From the NCBI GenBank assembly GCA_964016885.1, contig OZ024741.1:134416001-134480000 (forward strand): a stretch of 64,000 bases of DNA. Direction: 5' to 3'. The notes below the pieces were generated by a model, which ran no database searches, was not told the origin of the DNA, and was given only the letters and a program-made list of their open reading frames with translations. Positions 36,201-48,333 of the stretch are shown here, piece by piece. Source of the stretch: Eledone cirrhosa (taxonomy: Eukaryota). The first letter of the stretch is position 1; each line of letters begins with the position of its first letter. The translations under genes and the position numbers were made by a program.

Positions 36201-36852
36201 AGAGGGATCAGATGTTGTTTACTCGAGAGAAGGCTACGTTGGTATGGACACGTGATGCGCATGAAAGTCGATAGCTGTATAACAAAGTGCAGGGCAATAA
36301 AGATAGACGGTAGTCACGGAATAGGCAGACCTAGAAAAACCTGGGACGAGCTGATAAACTCCGACATCACACACTTACACCTCTCCAAGACAATGTCACT
36401 GGACCGAGACCTTTGGCGGTACTCAGTAACAGAGAAGACCCGCCTTACCTAAATATATAGTAAAACCTACTCCAACCAGTAGGCATCTCTAACAAAATAC
36501 ACCCCGTCCCACCACCACCACCCCCACCCCATCCACACCACCCCGTTCTATGTAAAGTTATGTTGGTGCCGCGCCATAGGCCGAAACAAATGAGATCGTG
36601 TAGGTGTCACGACAAAAAAAAAAACACACAGTCCACGCTGTAATGTGGCCGTGTAGGCAACACGGTAAAAACCTCCCAGACCCACACTGTAAATGTGGTT
36701 GGTGTTAGGAAGGGCATCCAACTGTAGAAAACCTGCCAGACAGTCCTATGCGAGCAAGACAATCACTCTTGCCTCAAGTGGGACTACCCCCGTCCAAACC
36801 CATGCAAGCGTGGAACACGGACGTTAAACATTGATGATGATGATGATGATGA
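33292..36852 (+). mobile_element. Near full-length RTE-clade LINE (APE endonuclease + RT + PHD finger), structured 3' UTR and (GAT)n tail
   Basis: Motifs RVGTINVGTL, CIQETRW, GDLNGH, VDYIL, SQHR (APE); YRGIKL, QFGF, FVDLEKAFDRV, GVHQGSVLSP, LYADD, FRYLG (RT); tail gatgatgat at 36833-36852. Confidence 0.95.
33477..36452 (+). CDS. RTE LINE ORF (991 aa from an internal Met; frame is open from about 33369)
   Basis: Uninterrupted ORF with APE and RT motifs. The first APE strand lies upstream of the called ATG. Confidence 0.9.
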   Translation: MLERKEVDVCCIQETRWRGGSARFIEGKKRCYKLFWVGNDDGLGGVGIMVAEKWADKIIDVNRVNDRIIKIRLVLNRTTVTVISAYAPQSRLPGTIKDRFYETLMLTTSQISDSDYIIIAGDLNGHVGQHCDGYDEIHGGYGFGTRNEEGSRILEFCDANNLTICNTNFKKRDNHLLTYRSGEHTSQVDYILTRRRDRVSVVNTKSLPHEECTSQHRLIISDLIVRTRRTRQQKRTILRRKIWKLKDPTARNKFQSILLDAFDSKEEHLQSDNIEGQWEFLKANLLLATDEVCGWSRPVGRRRVTWWWNSKVEGSIKAKKQAWKVWRDGGSREDYQVARREARRQVYLARKEAEERKFKHVLQRDDQKREVFRIARQCVKENRDIVGEKCVLNDDGTLAITDADKKVAWKCHYERLLNEENKWEKDSLPHIDPIEGPAVLVEGSIISKAIKDMKTGKVAGPSEIVAEMLKASGTVGHTMVTRIVNQVVQNGVVPKDWHSSIIINCYKGKGDALDRSNYRGIKLIDQVMKVTEKVIAQLIRERIDLDEMQFGFVSGKSTTDALFIVRQLQEKYLAKGKPLYLAFVDLEKAFDRVPRSIIWWALRKLGVDEWLVRAIQAMYKETVSKVRINNEYSEEFSVKVGVHQGSVLSPVLFIIALQAITEEFKIGCPWELLYADDLTLIAESMAELEKKFQTWKHSLESKGLKINLAKTKVLVCRKENKAAVPSGKWSCSVCRKGVGRNSILCPKCKVWVHKRCSGITGKLTKNIDFTCGRCSGAISSSKCPQNTSSFNCAEGSIEIVDSFRYLGDKISSGGGCSESTVARVRTGWKKFRELIPLLAAKGFSLKMKGRLYDASIRTAMLHGSETWALCAEDIRRLERNEACMLRWMCNSNIRERQSINELRKKLEIRGIRCCLLERRLRWYGHVMRMKVDSCITKCRAIKIDGSHGIGRPRKTWDELINSDITHLHLSKTMSLDRDLWRYSVTEKTRLT

Positions 36853-37879
36853 TTTCAAAAACAAATATCATCATGCAATAACATTTGCGTTTTCGTCAGA
36901 TAAAATAGGGAGACATGATATGAAGGTCAAAACACACTTTTGAATAGTGCAGTTTTAAATCAACATATGAAAAGTAGTTTTAGATTGATGTGTGATATTG
37001 TGAAAAAACATTTTTTTTTGGGGGGGGAGGTTGGAAAGGATGAAAAAGAGGAGGAGATGAGAGTAAAAAGCGGAGGGGGAGGAGTATAATGAGGAAGGAG
37101 GAGATAGGAGGAGAGATGGGTGATAGAGAGAGAGAGATAGCTTTTATAACTGAGAAAAAATATATTGTTTAACATAGAGGTTGAAAAACCGTTGGAAGAT
37201 AATATATAAATTAAAAGAATTTGAAAATTAACGAAGAGAAAAATAATGTTAAGTTAAGGTTTGTATATTGAAGGGTTTAATAATATGTGCGATGAAAAGA
37301 AATTGTTAATATGTATTAAGAATAATATTTAATGGTTTAATAATATGTGCGATGGAAAGAAATTGTTGATGTGTAATATTAAAAAAATATAAAAATATAA
37401 CAATAGTAATGTAAGTAAGGATATATTGTGAAAGAAGTAGAAGATTGGATGAATAAGTTAGATGAGCATGAAAGGGAGAAAAAAATAAGGAATTGAGGAT
37501 GAATAATCTAACGTCAAAAAAATGTTTATGTTTACGAAGGATTTTTTCGAGGTGATATAAAGTAAGAATATATTGTGCTGTGTAATAATTGTTTCTACAT
37601 TAGGCACAATGATAATTGAGAACTATCAAGGAGGAAAAGGTACAGATTAGGGGTTAGAAATTAAAAGAAAAAGAAAAAGAAAAAGAAAAAGAAAAAGAAA
37701 AAAAGAAAAGAAAAGGAAAAAAGAAAGAAAGGGAAGTGATAAATAGGAGTGATATAGAATGAGTAACTAGTATTATATAATGTATAATAAATAACTTTGA
37801 AATAAGGTAGAAAGATGGGTATATTTTTAAAGAAATATATATGTATATATATATATATATGAGCCTTTGAGAAAAGGAT

Positions 37880-38760
37880 TTTAAATTGATAAAGTATTAG
37901 ATATTAGCTGTATACTTTATGGAATGTTCTGTGGAATTTATGCAAGCAGAGAGAAAACAAGTCAGTGCGTCTATTTATTATAGAATCTAAATTAGATATA
38001 ATGGTAAATATTTCACTTAAACAGAGATTGCATGTCTTGGATAGAGAACTGTTCAAGTATGTAGAAGCAGAACAAACCTTTTTCCAAGAGATGTTATAGT
38101 TAATATTTTTGTCTTTCAAGGACCATATGAGTTCTGAGAGTGCCGTGTTGGTTCTTTTAAGTTGGTATTTAAAAGACGAATGATGATTATAAAGACGAGC
38201 TTTAAAGGAGGTGGAAGTGGAGCCACAATAGGTGAAGGAATTGGTGTCAGTTATAACTTTACATTCGTAGATTAAGTTTTTTTCGAGACAATGGTTGTTG
38301 AGAGGACATTTATTTTTAACAGGGCAATTGCAATTGCGATTAGAGAGATTAGCAGAGTTATTAACAAGTGACCTAGTGTTATCTATAGAAGGAATTGGAT
38401 TGGAGAAGTTATTTACGATAGGAATACTAGTTTCTTGATTTAGAATGGGATTAAGAACATTTAGCGAAGTTGCGTTTGACGTTGTATTTGGGTTTGCAGA
38501 AATTAGCCTTGAGTTTACAATGACGTCGGGAGTACTATTACTATTATTATGATATTCAATGTTGGAAGGAAGAGATTTAGTATTTAGTATTTTATTGTTG
38601 TGTTTAGAGATAATGTTGGAGATGTTGGAGGAGGTCGAATAGGAAAATTTTATAGTGTGTTTGTTAAATATTTTACTATAGATATGTGAGGGAGGGAAGC
38701 ATTTATTTAAGGCACTAAAGAATAATTTAGGAATATTATTATTAATAGAGATGGAGAAAG
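37880..38760 (-). mobile_element. Penelope-like GIY-YIG fragment
   Basis: Minus strand encodes CNCPVKNKCPLNNHC, LIYECKV, TYCGST..FKARLYNH, CNLCLSE. Confidence 0.85.
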
Positions 38761-39432
38761 AAACTTAATCTGGTATAATCTACTCAGATGGTGGATGGGT
38801 GCTACACGAGAATGCTGAGGATGGCTCTGAACATATATATATATATACACACACACACATACATACATACATTAACTACCAATTTAACTGCAGCACCAAC
38901 GTAGAAAACACCATGTCATAAATTCCACTGTACTAGTGTACAGAGGTATAGTCTCTTCTAGAGACCACTACACTGTGGTGAATATTGGAGCGTACTACTG
39001 CTACTACTATTGCCACCACTTCAAAAACTATTACTAACTTATCTGGTGAATATGTATTTGAGAAGTCGATGTTAGCTTAATTGTTATGTGAAATAATTTA
39101 CGCCTTACTATGGATATTTTTTTGTTATTCCTCATAACATAATGTGTAGTTAATGAAATATCTTTAGTAGATGTGGACGTATTTGTGTGTGAGTGTTTGC
39201 ATGTGTATGTGTAGGTGTTAGCATGTGTGCATGTTTGTATGAGTTTGTATGCACGTGTGTATGAGGTGAATTTTTGTGTATGCATATGTGAATGTTTATA
39301 TGTGGTTCTTTGTGTGTGTATGTGTGAGCATGTTTGTGAATGTATATGTGGATGATTGTGTGTGCTTGTATCAACATGTTTGTGTAAATGATTGTGTGTG
39401 GGTGCTTGTGTATATCTGTGAGCAAGTGTATA

Positions 39433-42400
39433 TCATCATCATCATCATCAACATCATCAACGTTTAACGTCCGTGTTCCACGCTTGCATGGGTTTGGACG
39501 GGGGTAGTCCCACTTGAGGCAAGATTGATTGTCTTGCTCACATAGGACTGTCTGGCAGGTTTTCTACAGTTGGATGCCCTTCCTAACACCAACCACATTT
39601 ACAGTGTGGGGACTGGGAGGTTTTTACCGTGTTGCCTACACGGCCACATTACAGCGTGGACTGTGTGTTTTTTTGTCGTGACACCTACATGATCTCATTT
39701 GTTTCGGCCTGGATGGCGCGGCACCAACATAACTTTACATAGAACGGGGTGGTGTGGATGGGGTGGGGTGGGGGGGTCGGGGGGTGGGGGGTGTATTTTG
39801 TTAGAGATGCCTACTGGCTGTAGTAGGTTTTACTATGTATTTAGGTAAGGCGGGTCTTCTCTGTTACTGAGTACCGCCAAAGGTCTCGGTCCAGTGACAT
39901 TGTCTTGGAAAGGTGTGTGTGAGGTCGGAGTTTATCAGCTCGTCCCAGGTTTTTCTAGGTCTGCCTTTCATTTTTAGGGAGAACCCTTTAGCAGCTAATA
40001 GTGGTATAAGCTCTCTGAACTTTTTCCAACCAGTTCTGACTCTAGCTACAGTACTTTCAGAGCACCCTCCCCCACTGCTGATTTTGTCGCCCAGGTAACG
40101 GAAGCTGTCCACTATTTCTATAGAACCCTCTGCGCAATTGAAAGAGCTAGTATTTTGTGGGCACTTGCTGCTACTTATTGCACCAGAGCACCGGCCACAT
40201 GTAAAATCTATGTTCTTAGTTAGCTTACCTGTGATCCCACTACATCTTTTATGCACCCATACTTTGCATTTGGGACATAAAATGGAGTTTCTACCTACGC
40301 CTTTCCTACACACTGAGCATGGCCATTTCCCAGAAGGGACCGCCACCTTATTTTCTTTCCTACAAACTAGAACTTTAGTCTTAGCCAGGTTAATTTTAAG
40401 GCCTTTTGATTCTAGGCCGTGCTTCCATGTTTGGAATTTCTTCTCTAGTTCGGTCATTGATTCAGCTATGAGCATTAGATCATCTGCGTATAGGAGTTCC
40501 CATGGGCAGCCGGTCTTGAACTCCTCTGTTATAGCCTAAAGGGCAATAATAAATAGTAGGGGGCTGAGAACAGAGCCCTGATGGACGCCAACTTTTACGC
40601 TAAACTCTTCACTATATTCGTTGTTAATTCTAACCTTGCTGACTGTTTCTTTATACATGGCTTGTATAGCTCTCACAAGCCATTCGTCAACCCCTAGTTT
40701 TCTAAGAGCCCACCAGATAATGGAACGGGGGACTCTGTCGAAGGCTTTCTCCAAGTCGACAAAAGCTAAGTAGAGGGGTTTACCTTTAGCTAGGTACTTC
40801 TCCTGTAGTTGTCGTACAATGAAAAGAGCGTCTGTGGTACTTTTGCCTGACACAAACCCGAACTGCATTTCATCTAGGTCAATTCTCTCTCTGATTAGTT
40901 GTGCTATTACTTTTTCCGTGACCTTCATGACCTGGTCGATTAATTTAATGCCTCTATAGTTACTCCTATCTAGGGCGTCTCCTTTACTCTTATAACAGTT
41001 AACGATGATGCTGCTATGCCAGTCCTTCGGAACAACCCCATTCTGTACGACTTGGTTAACTATGCGGGTGACCATGGTGTGTCCCACCGTGCCAGATGCC
41101 TTCAGCATCTCAGCAACTATTTCCGAAGGCCCAGCCGCCTTACCCGTCTTCATATCCTTGATTGCCTTACTTATTATACTCCCCTCGACTAACACTGCTG
41201 GTCCCTCTATTGGGTCGATGTGGGGGAGACTGTCTTTCTCCCATTTCTTCTCATTTAGTAGCCTTTCATAGTGACACTTCCAAGCTACCTTCTTATCAGC
41301 GTCGGTGATGGCAAGTACGCCGTCATCATTAAGTACACACTTCTCCCCGACAATATCACGGTTTTCCTTGACGCATTGCCTAACAATCCTGAACACCTCA
41401 CGTTGTAGAACATGCTTGAACTTTCTTTCCTCTGCTTCCCTTCTTGCGAAGTACACTTGTCTCCTAGCTTCCCTCCTGGCCACTTGATAGTCTTCTCTAC
41501 TTCCCCCATACTTTCCAAGCCTGCTTTTTGGCCTTAATTGACCCCTCCACCTTACTGTTCCACCACCATGTTACTCTCCTCCTGCCTACAGGCCTGCTCC
41601 AGCCACAGACTTCGTCTGTCGCCATCAGCAGGTTTGCTTTCAGAAATTCCCACTGTCCCTCTATATTGTCCGACTCTAAATGCTCTTCCTTACTGTCGAA
41701 AGCATCAAGTAATATGCTTTGAAATTTATTTCTGGCTGTGCAGTCCTTTAGCTTCCATATTTTTCTCCTGAGGATAGTCCTCTTCTGCTGTCGAGTACGT
41801 CTCGTCCTGACTATGAGGTCGCTAATTATCAGTCTATGTTGGGAGGTGCATTCTTCATGGGGGAGGGATTTAGTGTTTACAACAGACACTCTGTCACGTC
41901 TTCTGGTAAGGATATAATCTACCTGGCTTGTGTGTTCCCCGGATCTATAGGTGATCAGGTGATTGTCACGTTTTTTGAAGTTAGTGTTACAGATAGTTAG
42001 GTTATTTGCGTCACAGAATTCCAGGATTCTGGAGCCTTCCTCATTTCTAGTACCAAACCCATAGCCTCCATGGATTTCGTCGTAGCCGTCACAATGTTGT
42101 CCAACGTGACCATTTAGGTCGCCTGCAATAATTATATAGTCACTGTCGGTTATTTGGGAGGTAGTGAGCATCAGTGTCTCATAGAATCTGTCTTTTATAG
42201 TGCCGGGCAGTCCGGATTGGGGTGCGTACGCAGATATTACTGTCACCGTAGTTCTATTGAGGACAAGTCGTATTTTAATTATTCTGTCGTTCACTCTATT
42301 TACATCTATTATCTTATCTGCCCACTTTTCTGCTACCATGATTCCTACTCCACCCAGCCCATCGTCGTTTCCCACCCAGAAAAGCTTATAACATCGTTTT

Positions 42401-42524
42401 TTACCCTCAATGAATCTAGCAGACCCACCCCTCCACCTGGTCTCTTGAATACAACAAACATCGACCTCCTTACGTTCAAGCATTTCTACAACCTCGTTAG
42501 CGCGACCCTTTAGGGTGCCTACAT
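39433..42524 (-). mobile_element. Second copy of the same RTE family, inverted, 5'-truncated, inactivated
   Basis: Nearly identical translation. Frameshift near 41500, TAG at 40536-40538, 303-bp internal deletion at about 39960, (CAT)n at 39433-39460. Confidence 0.95.
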
Positions 42525-44411
42525 TTTTGTTATTTGTTAATCGCTTGTTAAACACGGGGATCTCATACAATCCTAACCTTCTAACCAACCTTAATTCCTT
42601 TAATTCCTTAATTCTATCGTATTCTCAAAACAAAACAAAATCCTTCCCTTCTTCTGCTTCTTATAAATTCCTTTAAATATATTATGCTACTTCGAAAACT
42701 CTAAAATCCCGCTTCTACCCCTAGACCCCCTCCCTCTACTTCACGAGGGCCTGCGGTCAGCCACCCCAATACCTACATCCATCTCTCCCCCCCCCCCCCT
42801 CTCTCTTAGCTATATATATATATAAGATAAAAACTCCCTTCAAGTAAATCACTTGAGATCCCCGTGTTTAACAAATCGTGTATATGTCTGTATCAACATG
42901 TTTGTGTGTGTATGTGAGCCTGTGTTTGCCATTGACTGATATGGTATGTGTGTTTGCCATTGAATGAATGAAATATTGAGATAAGCATTACTAGTTCCAA
43001 TGACCAGGTGAGAAGTTATTTAAACACATATAGATATCAGTGAAATGAGGATTGTAACAATTAATTCGAGATGAAAATAAACATCCGATGATAATGAGTA
43101 ATTTCTGTTCTACTTTAATTAGTGGGGTATGATGTAATATTAGTCATAGTCCCCTGTCATTAATCTTCAGCAGCCTCAAAAGGGCCATTACGGCATGGGG
43201 GAGAGGTAGTAGGCCAAAAGTGAGATGAAGGAGGTGTGATTTTCAACAGTTATAATGCTAATTTACAATACAACTGTTATATTTTTTTTTCATCAAAATG
43301 AATATGTATATGATAGTATTTTCCTTAATTAGTCATGAAAATTGTAGTTTATCGCATATTACTTAAAAGAACACAATCATGAATACAAGCCACTGGAGTA
43401 ATGTCGTTTAATAGGGTGTGTAACTCAGAGATCAAGGAGTTGCTCCACAACTTCCCCAAGGGATCAAAGCTCTGATATTAAGGTCATGTGATTACAATGC
43501 CTCAGGAAAGAATTGCTGGACAGATGTCACAGGCAGGAGACCCAGTGCAAGATGGTTGTGTAACATCCATGAGCTTGGCTGGACTCATCCAGTGATCCTG
43601 CTGGAAGGCATATCTGTAAACTCTACCCCAACAACACTGACGGAAGTGGAGGATAAGAAGTTGTTGAAATGAATAATAAAATCACGCCCCTTCATTATTT
43701 ATTGGTTTTATATTTTCTCAACCCCAGAAAGATGAAAGGTAAGGTTGACTGTGACTAGATTTGATCTCAGAATGTAAACCTAAATATTGATTTCTAATTT
43801 CGTTTCAGTGATGATTATTCAATGATTCGATAAACTGAATGTCAGAATCATTTAACATGTACATGGTTGAGTATTCCACAGACACATCTACACTTAACAC
43901 AATTCTCAGGCAGCATCTAAAAGGCTAAAGTCTATCTCAAGCTCGGAGGCTCATGAGGCCAGTGCTTATCCTGGTTTACATGGCATTAAGCGACTGAGAG
44001 TACATAATTTCCCCCTGGACTGGATGCTAGTTAAACCCCCAGCTACTGCCAGGGCTCATTTTTCCTGAGTATATTGGAGCAACATGAAATGAAGTGTTTT
44101 GCTCAAGAACACAAGAATCGAACCCATGACATTATGATTGTAAGTCCAACACCCTAACTAGTCAGGCAGCATAAATGTGACACGAGATAACAAAACTGGA
44201 ACTTTGAATTACAAGCACAATCCATCTAACAAACTTTCACAGTTTCCATCTACCCAATTTCATTCTCATGCTCGGACTGACCTAAGAATATGGTAAATAA
44301 CACTTGCCCATCATTTCCACACAGACCCATGCTAGTGTGGAAAATAGACATTAAATGATGATATCAAAACCTCAAACCTCATAATTGTAAAGAGTTCTTA
44401 ACCACACAACC

Positions 44412-47298
44412 CCCACCCCATTCAATATAAAGTTATGTTGGTGCCACAACATCCAGGCCGAAACAAATGAGATCAAGTAGGTGTCACGACAAAAAAAACA
44501 CACAGTCCACGCTGTAATGTGGCCATGTAGGCAACACGGTAAAAACCTCCCAGCCCCACACTGTAAATGTGGTTGGTGTTAGGAAGGGCATCCAGCTGTA
44601 GAAAACCCGCCAGACAGTCCACGCTGTAATGTGGCCGTGTAGGCAACACGATAAAAACCTCCCAGCCCCACACTGTAAATGTGGTTGGTGTTAGGAAGGG
44701 CATCCAGCTGTAGAAAACACGCCAGACAGTCCACGCTGTAATGTGGCCGTGTAGGCAACACGGTAAAAACCTCCCAGCCCCACACTGTAAATGTGGTTGG
44801 TGTTAGGAAGGGCATCCAACTGTAGAAAACCCGCCAGACAGTCCACGCTGTAATGTGGCCGTGTAGGCAACACGGTAAAAACCTCCCAGCCCCACACTGT
44901 AAATGTGGTTGGTGTTAGGAAGGGCATCCAGCTGTAGAAAACCCGCCAGACAGTCCACGCTGTAATGTGGCTGTGTAGGCAAGACGGTAAAAACCTCCCA
45001 GCCCCACACTGTAAATGTGGTTGGTGTTAGGAAGGGCATCCAGCTGTAGAAAACCCGCCAGACAGTCCACGCTGTAATGTGGCCGTGTAGGCAACACGGT
45101 AAAAACCTCCCAGCCCCACACTGTAAATGTGGTTGGTGTTAGGAAGGGCATCCAGCTGTAGAAAACCCGCCAGACAGTCCACGCTGTAATGTGGCCGTGT
45201 AGGCACGACGGTAAAAACCTCCCAGCCCCACACTGTAAATGTGGTTGGTGTTAGGAAGGGCATCCAACTGTAGAAAACCCGCCAGACAGTCCACGCTGTA
45301 ATGTGGCCGTGTAGGCAACACGGTAAAAACCTCCCAGCCCCACACTGTAAATGTGGTTGGTGTTAGGAAGGGCATCCAACTGTAGAAAACCCGCCAGACA
45401 GTCCACGCTGTAATGTGGCCGTGTAGGCAACACGGTAAAAACCTCCCAGCCCCACACTGTAAATGTGGTTGGTGTTAGGAAGGGCATCCAGCTGTAGAAA
45501 ACCCGCCAGACAGTCCACGCTGTAATGTGGCTGTGTAGGCAAGACGGTAAAAACCTCCCAGCCCCACACTGTAAATGTGGTTGGTGTTAGGAAGGGCATC
45601 CAGCTGTAGAAAACCCGCCAGACAGTCCACGCTGTAATGTGGCCGTGTAGGCAACACGGTAAAAACCTCCCAGCCCCACACTGTAAATGTGGTTGGTGTT
45701 AGGAAGGGCATCCAGCTGTAGAAAACCCGCCAGACAGTCCACGCTGTAATGTGGCTGTGTAGGCAAGACGGTAAAAACCTCCCAGCCCCACACTGTAAAT
45801 GTGGTTGGTGTTAGGAAGGGCATCCAGCTGTAGAAAACCCGCCAGACAGTCCACGCTGTAATGTGGCTGTGTAGGCAAGACGGTAAAAACCTCCCAGCCC
45901 CACACTGTAAATGTGGTTGGTGTTAGGAAGGGCATCCAGCTGTAGAAAACCCGCCAGACAGTCCACGCTGTAATGTGGCTGTGTAGGCAAGACGGTAAAA
46001 ACCTCCCAGCCCCACACTGTAAATGTGGTTGGTGTTAGGAAGGGCATCCAGCTGTAGAAAACCCGCCAGACAGTCCACGCTGTAATGTGGCTGTGTAGGC
46101 AAGACGGTAAAAACCTCCCAGCCCCACACTGTAAATGTGGTTGGTGTTAGGAAGGGCATCCAGCTGTAGAAAACCCGCCAGACAGTCCACGCTGTAATGT
46201 GACCGTGTAGGCAAGACGGTAAAAACCTCCCAGCCCCACACTGTAAATGTGGTTGGTGTTAGGAAGGGCATCCAGCTGTAGAAAACCCGCCAGACAGTCC
46301 ACGCTGTAATGTGGCCGTGTAGGCAAGACGGTAAAAACCTCCCAGCCCCACACTGTAAATGTGGTTGGTGTTAGGAAGGGCATCCAGCTGTAGAAAACCC
46401 GCCAGACAGTTCACGCTGTAATGTGACCGTGTAGGCAAGACGGTAAAAACCTCCCAGCCCCACACTGTAAATGTGGTTGGTGTTAGGAAGGGCATCCAGC
46501 TGTAGAAAACCCGCCAGACAGTCCACGCTGTAATGTGGCCGTGTAGGCAAGACGGTAAAAACCTCCCAGCCCCACACTGTAAATGTGGTTGGTGTTAGGA
46601 AGGGCATCCAGCTGTAGAAAACCCGCCAGACAGTCCACGCTGTAATGTGACCGTGTAGGCAAGACGGTAAAAACCTCCCAGCCCCACACTGTAAATGTGG
46701 TTGGTGTTAGGAAGGGCATCCAGCTGTAGAAAACCCGCCAGACAGTCCACGCTGTAATGTGGCCGTGTAGGCAAGACGGTAAAAACCTCCCAGCCCCACA
46801 CTGTAAATGTGGTTGGTGTTAGGAAGGGCATCCAGCTGTAGAAAACCCGCCAGACAGTCCACGCTGTAATGTGGCCGTGTAGGCAAGACGGTAAAAACCT
46901 CCCAGCCCCACACTGTAAATGTGGTTGGTGTTAGGAAGGGCATCCAGCTGTAGAAAACCCGCCAGACAGTCCACGCTGTAATGTGGCTGTGTAGGCAAGA
47001 CGGTAAAAACCTCCCAGCCCCACACTGTAAATGTGGTTGGTGTTAGGAAGGGCATCCAGCTGTAGAAAACCCGCCAGACAGTCCACGCTGTAATGTGACC
47101 GTGTAGGCAAGACGGTAAAAACCTCCCAGCCCCACACTGTAAATGTGGTTGATGTTAGGAAGGGCATCCAGCTGTAGAAAACCCGCCAGACAGTCCTATG
47201 CGAGCAAGACAACCACTCTTGCCTCAAGTGGGAAAACTCCCGTCCAAACCCATGCAAGCATGGAACATGGACGTTAAACGATAATGATGATGATGATG
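44412..47298 (+). mobile_element. 5'-truncated RTE 3'-UTR insertion carrying an internal tandem array; candidate TSD ACAACC
   Basis: Matches the RTE 3' UTR at about 36520-36852 on both sides of the array. Ends in (GAT)n. ACAACC at 44406-44411 and 47299-47304. Confidence 0.85.
44502..47196 (+). repeat. Tandem array, 24 x 112 bp, derived from the RTE 3' UTR
   Basis: ACAGTCC recurs every 112 bp from 44502 to 47190 (one unit reads ACAGTTC); units differ only by point substitutions. Confidence 0.97.
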
Positions 47299-48183
47299 AC
47301 AACCATACTTGTGGTCACTAACAAGTCTATATTCCTACCCAACCAGTTGTTACCTGTCATGAGCATATTTTTAAGAAACTAGCATGTCACACCAGATTCT
47401 TCTTTTTCACCCACTTATTCCTGAGGCTCAAGGGGGCAGAATCCTCAAAAAGCACCTTTCAGCAGCTCACATCAGATTTGCCTCTAAAACTGTCAACATT
47501 AATAGTGAAACACAAACAAATTAAGAGCCTCAAAAGAAGAAGAATGTGGTTCTTCATCATCATTGTATAATGTCTGTTTTTCTTTCTAGCAAGTGATGGA
47601 TGGATCTTCAGACCAAGTCAGTACTGAAGCTGGGCTACTGACCACACAGAGCGGCCAGGAATCTATCTCTCATTTACATATGGACTCACGCTCTACTAAG
47701 TGCATATTATTGTGACACCAGCACTAGGGAGATTGTCATGTCTTTCATCCAACTGAGTCCTCTTGACTACTTGTTTGGCAAATTTTCTATAGCAAGATGC
47801 CCTTCCTGTGACCAACTACTTTACAGAGTATCTTGGGTTTATCATGTCACCAACACTAGAGAGGTTGCTGTGCCCTTACCACAATTGAAGTAGCCTCTTA
47901 AACCATTTTGGCATGGTTTTTACAGCTGGGTACCCTTCTTGTCATCAACCACTTTATAGAATATACTAGGTGCATTTTTTGTAGCATCAGCATTAGAGAG
48001 ATTGTTGTGTCATGACTGAAGGGTCCTCTCAACTGTTTTCCACAGGGTTTCTACAGCTGAATGCCCTACCTATCCACACCCACTTTAAAGGTTGTATTTT
48101 TCATGGCATCAGCATTAGAAAGACCACCAAGTTGTGATTCAAACCTCTCAAAAAAAAACAACAGAAACATGAAAAATTTTTCA

Positions 48184-48189
48184 TTTATT
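48184..48189 (-). terminator. Candidate IMP4 polyadenylation signal AATAAA
   Basis: AATAAA on the minus strand about 30 nt after the stop codon. Confidence 0.5.
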
Positions 48190-48217
48190 TACAAATCGAT
48201 AAAATATATTTTAAAAA

Positions 48218-48333
48218 TCATGTTTCTTCAGATAAAAATGTCCTTTTAGCTGTTGTCCTCATGTATGGCTTGTACACCCACTCTATATCTGCTGTGTCAG
48301 CATTATCAATGGTTCCTTGAATGATTTTATACA
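48218..48333 (-). CDS. IMP4: IMP4 exon 9 (terminal, TGA)
   Basis: ttttcag|(L)YKIIQGTIDNADTADIEWVYKPYMRTTAKRTFLSEET*; the nine exons sum to 882 bp = 293 aa + stop. Confidence 0.95.

Noticed and set aside
44502-47196. CRISPR-like array, or a repeated 78-aa protein family (ORF track)
   Set aside because: There are no unique spacers and no cas genes, and the DNA is eukaryotic. The ORFs are antisense translations of a non-coding LINE 3' UTR repeat.
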